Shown here: positions 58,870-64,000 of the stretch, piece by piece
Layout: each line of letters begins with the position of its first letter
Numbering within the stretch: the stretch's first letter is position 1
NCBI RefSeq assembly: GCF_030373225.1
Contig: NZ_JAUCZG010000007.1
Location: 15,807-79,806 of the forward strand
Length of the DNA: 64,000 bases
Reading direction: 5' to 3'
DNA from: Hydrogenophaga sp.
GTDB taxonomy: Bacteria > Pseudomonadota > Gammaproteobacteria > Burkholderiales > Burkholderiaceae_C
Notes under the pieces: generated by a model
Seen by the model: only the letters and a program-made list of their open reading frames with translations
Told to the model about the DNA's origin: nothing
Database searches by the model: none
Program-made: the position numbers and the translations under genes

Positions 58870-59772
58870 ATGAGCAACATTGCCGAACGCACTTACGAAT
58901 CCACCGCTGCCCGCAAAGTTGCCTTCATTGGTTTGGGTGTCATGGGCTACCCCATGGCAGGGCATCTGGCGCGTGCCGGGCATGCAGTGACGGTCTACAA
59001 CCGGTCGAGTGCCAAGGCCGCGGCCTGGGTGGCTGAATTTGGTGGTGCGCACCAGCCCTCGCCGCGCGAGGCGGCTCAAGGTGCCGACATCGTGTTTGCC
59101 TGCGTGGGCAACGACGATGACCTGCGCTCCATCACCCTGGGCGCGGACGGCGCATTCGCCGGCATGGGCTCTGGCGCCATTTTCGTGGACCACACCACCG
59201 CGTCGGCCAACGTCGCGCGCGAGCTGTACTCGGCCGCGAAAACGATCGGCCTGTCGTTTGTCGACGCCCCTGTGTCAGGCGGCCAGGCGGGCGCCGTCAA
59301 TGGTCTGCTCACCGTGATGTGCGGTGGAGACGCGCCGGCCTTCGACGCTGTGAAGCCCGTGGCCATGGCGTTCTCGCGCGCCTTCACGCTGCTGGGCGAC
59401 AGCGGCGCCGGCCAGCTCACCAAGATGGTCAACCAGATCTGCATCGCCGGCCTGGTGCAAGGCCTGTCCGAAGCGATTGCCTTTGGCCAGAAGGCCGGGC
59501 TGGACATGAACCAGGTGCTCGATGTGATCGGCAAGGGTGCCGCGCAAAGCTGGCAGCTCGACAACCGGGGCAAGACCATGGTGGCCGACAAGTTCGATTT
59601 CGGCTTTGCCGTGGACTGGATGCGCAAGGACCTGGGACTCGTGCTCGACGAGTCCAGGCGCAATGGGGCGCGCCTGCCGGTCACCGCCCTGGTCGACCAG
59701 TTCTACGCCGACGTGCAGGCCATGGGTGGCAACCGGCTGGACACGTCGAGCCTCATCAAGCGCCTGAAGTAA
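58870..59772 (+). CDS. NAD(P)-dependent oxidoreductase (3-hydroxyisobutyrate dehydrogenase family)
   Basis: Rossmann motif VAFIGLGVMGYPMAGHL and family motifs DAPVSGG and GAGQLTKMVNQ. Confidence 0.85.
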   Translation: MSNIAERTYESTAARKVAFIGLGVMGYPMAGHLARAGHAVTVYNRSSAKAAAWVAEFGGAHQPSPREAAQGADIVFACVGNDDDLRSITLGADGAFAGMGSGAIFVDHTTASANVARELYSAAKTIGLSFVDAPVSGGQAGAVNGLLTVMCGGDAPAFDAVKPVAMAFSRAFTLLGDSGAGQLTKMVNQICIAGLVQGLSEAIAFGQKAGLDMNQVLDVIGKGAAQSWQLDNRGKTMVADKFDFGFAVDWMRKDLGLVLDESRRNGARLPVTALVDQFYADVQAMGGNRLDTSSLIKRLK

Positions 59773-59776
59773 AGCT

Positions 59777-59862
59777 CCCCCCGCGCCACGCCTTCGGCGT
59801 GTCACCCTCCAGAGGACAACACCTGCGGCCTGGCAAAGCCAGTTCCGCGGTGTTCTTGCCCG
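59777..59862 (+). repeat. REP-like intergenic repeat, family A, copy 3
   Basis: A more diverged copy in the same orientation, starting 4 nt after the oxidoreductase stop. Confidence 0.75.
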
Positions 59863-59868
59863 AGACAG

Positions 59869-60507
59869 TTACCTGGCAGACTCAGGCTGCATGTTGGCGA
59901 GTTCCTGCTCGGTGATGGTCTCGAACACGCGCACCACGCGTGTCACCCCGGGCGTGAAGCGCGCGAGCTCGGTGGCTCGGTCGGCTTCACGCTGCGTCAC
60001 ACGACCCATCAGGTACACCGTGCCGCGCTCGGTCACCACCTTGAATGCGCTGGCCGACAGGTCTTTGGCATCCACCAGCGCGGCCTTGAGACGGCCGGTG
60101 ATCAGCGTGTCGGTCGCGCGCTCCTTGAAGGAAGGGCTGCTGGTCACGCCAAGCTCGTTGATGACCTCGCGAACGTTGTCCACGCCCGAGACGATCTGGG
60201 TGATCTGTGTCTTCACCGCTTCGCTGGCCGCTTCGCCGGTGAGCAGGACGCGGCGGTTGTAGCTGGTGACGGCCACGCGGGCGCGCGCATCGCCGAGCTC
60301 GTCCTTCAGGCGGTTGGACGCCCGCAGTTCGATGCCCTGGTCGTCGAGCTGGGCGCCCGAGGTGCGGCGGTCCACCGCCACCATGGCACCCACGGCGGCG
60401 CCCCCGACCACCAGCGGTGCGCAGGCGCTCAGGGTGGCGCCCAGGGCAGCCAGCACCAGGGCCGAGGCGGCGATGCGTTGCAGGGAAACAGGTTTGACGG
60501 CTTTCAT
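59869..60507 (-). CDS. dolP: BON domain-containing lipoprotein (DolP/YraP-like)
   Basis: The ATG at 60507. Lipobox LSAC and two BON domains (VAVTSYNRRVLLTGEA; VVTERGTVYLMGRV). Synteny with diaA and yraN. Confidence 0.8.
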   Translation of the reverse strand: MKAVKPVSLQRIAASALVLAALGATLSACAPLVVGGAAVGAMVAVDRRTSGAQLDDQGIELRASNRLKDELGDARARVAVTSYNRRVLLTGEAASEAVKTQITQIVSGVDNVREVINELGVTSSPSFKERATDTLITGRLKAALVDAKDLSASAFKVVTERGTVYLMGRVTQREADRATELARFTPGVTRVVRVFETITEQELANMQPESAR

Positions 60508-61124
60508 GAGGCACTCTCCATATGGGGGTTTGACACGTCGGGCAGACCGAGCAGCTGGGCGTCCACGCCGTCGCAAATGCAGTGCATCACGAGGTGGTGC
60601 ACTTCCAGAATCCTTGCCGCGAGTTCGTGCGGCACACACACGTGCACGTCGGTGTCGCGCAGCAGCAGCGCCAGCTGGCCACCGCGCGCGCCCGTGAGCG
60701 CCACCACCGTCATGTCGCGCTCATGCGCGGCTTGCACCGCTGCAAGCACATTGGGCGAGTTGCCCGAGGTGGTGAGCGCCAGCAACACGTCGCCCGCCTG
60801 GCCGAGCGCACGCACCTGGCGGGCGTAGACCGAACTCACATCGAAGTCATTGGCGATGCCTGTGAGCACCGCCGCATCGGCCGAAAGGGAGAAGGCGGCG
60901 AGTTCGGGGCGCTCCCGGTCGTAACGGCCGACAAAGCTCGCAGCAAAATGCTGCGCCGCCGCTGCCGAGGCACCGTTGCCGCACGAAAGCACCTTGCCGC
61001 CGCCCGTGACGCTGGCCAGAACGGCATTGGTGGCCGCTTCGACCACGGGCGCAAGCGACTGCGCGCACTGGTATTTCAGATCGGCACTGTCGATGAACTG
61101 TTGCTGGATGCGTTGCAGGAGCAT
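60504..61124 (-). CDS. diaA: SIS domain protein (DiaA / phosphoheptose isomerase-like)
   Basis: GGKVLSCGNGASAAAAQHFAAS and LLALTTSGNSPNVL. The stop overlaps the dolP start by 4 nt. Confidence 0.8.
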   Translation of the reverse strand: MLLQRIQQQFIDSADLKYQCAQSLAPVVEAATNAVLASVTGGGKVLSCGNGASAAAAQHFAASFVGRYDRERPELAAFSLSADAAVLTGIANDFDVSSVYARQVRALGQAGDVLLALTTSGNSPNVLAAVQAAHERDMTVVALTGARGGQLALLLRDTDVHVCVPHELAARILEVHHLVMHCICDGVDAQLLGLPDVSNPHMESAS

Positions 61125-61151
61125 GGGACGATCATAGCGGTGGGGGGTGTA

Positions 61152-61583
61152 TCAAAATGCGCCGGAGGCGTCGAAGGCAGCACGCAGCCAGTCGATCTGG
61201 CCGCCGCTGCCGTCGATCAGCACCACATCGAAACGGCACGGTGGCTGTGACCCCAGCCGCAGCAGAAAGTGCCGCGCGGCCAGCACGATGCGGCGTTGCT
61301 TGACCGGGGTGATGCTGGCACCGGCACCCCCATGGCGCTGGCTGGCGCGCTGGCGCACCTCGACGAAGACCAGCGTGCCACCGGGCTCACGCATAATCAA
61401 ATCGATCTCGCCACCACCGCGCCCCGGGGTCTTGAAGTTGCGCTGAACGAGCTTCAAGCCCTGCCGTTGCAGGTGCCCGAGCGCGGCATCTTCGGCAGCA
61501 TCGCCGCGCGCCTTGGTGGTCGGCGCCGGCGTCACCGGCGGGCCCTGTTTTCTGGAACTCCACATTGTCTGCAAGTTCTCCAT
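61152..61583 (-). CDS. yraN: YraN family protein (UPF0102, endonuclease-like)
   Basis: GDAAEDAALGHLQRQGLKLVQRNF...GEIDLIMREPGGTLVFVEVRQR...RFDVV. The start is either ATG 61583 or ATG 61565. Confidence 0.8.
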   Translation of the reverse strand: MENLQTMWSSRKQGPPVTPAPTTKARGDAAEDAALGHLQRQGLKLVQRNFKTPGRGGGEIDLIMREPGGTLVFVEVRQRASQRHGGAGASITPVKQRRIVLAARHFLLRLGSQPPCRFDVVLIDGSGGQIDWLRAAFDASGAF

Positions 61584-62494
61584 CCCTGTTGGCGGCCGCT
61601 CGCGACGCAGCGGCGCACCAGCATTATCCGCAGGGCGCGCTCTACATGGTCGCCACGCCCATCGGCAATCTGGCCGACATCGGGTTGCGCGCGCTCCAGG
61701 TGCTTTCGCTGGTGGACACGGTGGCCTGTGAGGACACACGCCACACCGCGGCACTGCTGCAGGGCTACGGACTGCACAAACCGCTGCTGGCGCTGCACGA
61801 GCACAACGAAGCCGACGCCGCGCAGACGGTGGTGCAACGCCTGCAGTCCGGCCAGCGCGTGGCCTACGTGAGCGACGCCGGCACACCGGGCGTGAGCGAC
61901 CCGGGCGCGCGGCTCGTGGCCGCAGCGCAGGCCGCGGGCCTGCGCTGCGTGCCGGTTCCGGGCCCCAGCAGCATCACCGCCTTGCTCAGCGTCTCGGGCA
62001 CCGTGGCCGGAATGGGCGGCTGGGACGGACGCTTCGTGTTCGCGGGCTTTCTTTCTTCCCGGGCGAGCGAGCGCCAACGCGAGGTGCAGCTGATGGGCGC
62101 CGATGCGCGGGCCAGCGTGTTGCTGGAGGCACCCCACCGCATCGAGGCCCTGGCCAAAGACCTGGCCTTGCTGGGTGAGCGCATGCTGACCGTGGGGCGC
62201 GAGCTGACCAAACAGTTCGAGGAGGTGGCGCACCTGAAGGCGCAGGACTTCACCGCCTGGCTGCAAGCCAACGCCAACCGCACCCGCGGCGAATTCGTGT
62301 TGCTGATTCACCCGCAGAGCGCGCCGGCCGGGGCCGAGGGTGGCATCGATGCGGCAGCGCTGCGCACGCTGGACCTGCTGTTGAAGGAACTGCCCCTGAA
62401 GACCGCGGTGAAGCTGTGTGCCGAGATCACCGGCCAGCCCCGCAACGCGCTCTACGACGCCGCACTGGCGCGCCGCCTGGGCACCGACGACTGA
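61565..62494 (+). CDS. rsmI: 16S rRNA (cytidine1402-2'-O)-methyltransferase
   Basis: LYMVATPIGNLADIGLRALQVL...VACEDTRHT...VSDAGTPGVSDPG. The only in-frame start upstream of the conserved N-terminus is the TTG at 61565. Confidence 0.88.
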   Translation: MSASSPSLLAAARDAAAHQHYPQGALYMVATPIGNLADIGLRALQVLSLVDTVACEDTRHTAALLQGYGLHKPLLALHEHNEADAAQTVVQRLQSGQRVAYVSDAGTPGVSDPGARLVAAAQAAGLRCVPVPGPSSITALLSVSGTVAGMGGWDGRFVFAGFLSSRASERQREVQLMGADARASVLLEAPHRIEALAKDLALLGERMLTVGRELTKQFEEVAHLKAQDFTAWLQANANRTRGEFVLLIHPQSAPAGAEGGIDAAALRTLDLLLKELPLKTAVKLCAEITGQPRNALYDAALARRLGTDD

Positions 62495-62498
62495 GGCG

Positions 62499-62855
62499 TC
62501 AGCGCATCACGCGCGACATGGGGTCCGACCCCGAGCGCGGAGGCGATTCGCGCGGGGCTGGCGCATCGGGCACCTCGTGTGCCTGCACATCGACCACATC
62601 ACCCATCGGCCGGCCAGCCGGCCCCCGCCCAGGCCACACACCCTGGGTGTAACGCTGCGAGGTCTGCCGGAAACGGTTGAACACCACCACGGGGGCAGGT
62701 TTGCGGCCGGTGATCAGCGCCCACAGGGAAACGCCCAGCACCACCACCAGCGTGGCGAGCAGCAGGCTGAGCACGAACACCAGCGCGGCCAGGCCCAGCG
62801 CAAGCTTGAGGATGCCGCGCAGCAGGCGCGCGAAGAAGTCGAATAAACCGTTCAT
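62499..62855 (-). CDS. hypothetical membrane protein
   Basis: The ATG at 62855 gives MNGLFDFFARLLRGILKLALGLAALVFVLSLLLATLVVVLGVSLWALI (two TM helices), followed by a Pro/Arg-rich tail. Confidence 0.45.
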   Translation of the reverse strand: MNGLFDFFARLLRGILKLALGLAALVFVLSLLLATLVVVLGVSLWALITGRKPAPVVVFNRFRQTSQRYTQGVWPGRGPAGRPMGDVVDVQAHEVPDAPAPRESPPRSGSDPMSRVMR

Positions 62856-63074
62856 GAAAGACTGAGCCCCGAGGGCCGGTGTTGGTTCCACGGGCAACAA
62901 GCGCGCCGGTCCGGCCCCCACCGGTTTGCGGGCCAAACGGCCTGTACCTTGGGCCATTGTCCCCGCCTGCAAGGCCGGGCCCGCACCGGCCGTCGTCACA
63001 CAGGCATCAGTTGGCGCTGATATGCTGGCCGCTGCTTGCGCGCACGGGCTGCGCAAGGTCCATCAAGGCCCCCC

Positions 63075-63695
63075 ATGAAACCGATTTACCAGTACTTTTT
63101 CCGCGGCCTGATCACCTTCCTGCCGTTGGCCATCACGGTCTACGTGCTCTATCTCACCGTGGCCTGGATCGAGTCGATCGCGATGTGGCTGATCCGGCCT
63201 TTCATCGGCGACTTCTACCTGCCCGGCCTGGGCATCATGCTGGGCGCAGCGCTCATTCTGGGCCTGGGCTTCCTGATCTCGCAGCCCCATGTCGCGCGCT
63301 GGCTCTCCTGGATCGAACTGCCGTTCACCAACCTGCCGGTGGTCAAGAGCATCTACTCGTCGCTCAAGAGCTTTGCCGACTACTTCTCGCCCCACAAGGA
63401 AACACCGCAGCAGGCGGTGGTGGTGCTGCGCATGCCGGGCAACGAGTTGTCCATCGTCGGGCTGGTCACGCGGCAGAACATGCAGGGCCTGCCGGCCGCG
63501 CTGGCCGAGCTGGACCAGGTCGCCGTCTACCTGCCCATGGGCTACATGATCGGCGGCTACACGGTCTTCGTGCCGCGCAGCTGGATCACACCGATCGACA
63601 TGTCGGTCGAGGAGGCCATGCGCTCGTCGCTGCTGGCCTGGATGGCCGCCAGCCGCAACGGTGAACAGACCCCCGGCGGCGGTGGCGCACCATGA
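63075..63695 (+). CDS. DUF502 domain-containing membrane protein
   Basis: FFRGLITFLPLAITVYVL...PGLGIMLGAALILGLG...LPVVKSIYSSLK, typical of DUF502. Confidence 0.7.
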   Translation: MKPIYQYFFRGLITFLPLAITVYVLYLTVAWIESIAMWLIRPFIGDFYLPGLGIMLGAALILGLGFLISQPHVARWLSWIELPFTNLPVVKSIYSSLKSFADYFSPHKETPQQAVVVLRMPGNELSIVGLVTRQNMQGLPAALAELDQVAVYLPMGYMIGGYTVFVPRSWITPIDMSVEEAMRSSLLAWMAASRNGEQTPGGGGAP

Positions 63696-64000
63696 GCATC
63701 CGTCACCTCGACGCCCTGTTTTCGCCGGCCTCGGTGGCCGTGATCGGCGCCTCGATGCGTCCCGCCAGCGTGGGCGGCACGGTGTGGCGCAACCTGAACA
63801 ATGGCGAATTCAAGGGTGCGCTGTACGCGGTCAACCCCAAACACGCCGAGCTCGGTGGCGTGAAGGTCTGGGCCTCGGTGGCCGACCTGCCCGAGGCGCC
63901 CGAACTGGCCGTGCTGTGCACGCCGGCGGCCAGCGTGGTGGGGCTGATCACCGAGCTCGGCGCGCGCGGCACCCGCGCCGCGATCGTGCTGACCGCCGGG
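63692..64000 (+). CDS. acetate--CoA ligase (ADP-forming)/CoA-binding family protein, 3' end cut by window edge
   Basis: The ATG at 63692 overlaps the DUF502 stop (ATGA). The frame stays open to the window end. It encodes LFSPASVAVIGASMRPASVGGTVWRNL...YAVNPKH, a CoA-binding (succinyl-CoA synthetase-like) N-terminal domain. Confidence 0.7.
   Translation, partial: MSIRHLDALFSPASVAVIGASMRPASVGGTVWRNLNNGEFKGALYAVNPKHAELGGVKVWASVADLPEAPELAVLCTPAASVVGLITELGARGTRAAIVLTAG

Overview
High-G+C chromosomal segment with gene content and synteny typical of a betaproteobacterium (Burkholderiales/Comamonadaceae-like; inferred, not searched). Most of it is ordinary core genome. Recognisable blocks are uvrA / divergent MFS / ssb, yggS-pilT-pilU, rsmI / yraN-diaA-dolP, and putA with a divergent Lrp-type regulator. 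There are also purU, Hsp20, GSTs, a PhaM-like granule protein, a ProQ/FinO protein and many PAS/GGDEF/EAL signalling genes. Four things stand out. (1) Two tandem PAS histidine-kinase genes share a 968-bp stretch with no mismatch I could see (15679-16646 = 17949-18916). It covers the last PAS, the DHp and the ATPase domains, while the N-terminal sensor regions are strongly diverged. (2) A visibly lower-G+C insert (about 51.7-55.1 kb) lies between the putA regulator and a DUF3617 gene. It carries a tandem array of lipoprotein plus secreted AHSQG-motif alpha/beta-hydrolase modules: one hydrolase is full length and the other is truncated exactly where a 166-bp identical tract ends. The two lipoprotein genes have near-identical promoters and 5' halves but diverged 3' halves. 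This is the best candidate for an uncharacterised two-gene system (enzyme plus cognate periplasmic lipoprotein), though no function can be assigned from sequence alone. (3) Two families of structured intergenic REP-like repeats occur. (4) A biotin-carrier/carboxyltransferase fusion gene has no biotin carboxylase nearby. No rRNA, tRNA, CRISPR, transposase or integrase genes were seen. Many long ORFs in the track are antisense shadow ORFs of this G+C-rich DNA and were not called. The track renders GTG/TTG starts as M, so several starts were re-placed at internal ATGs.
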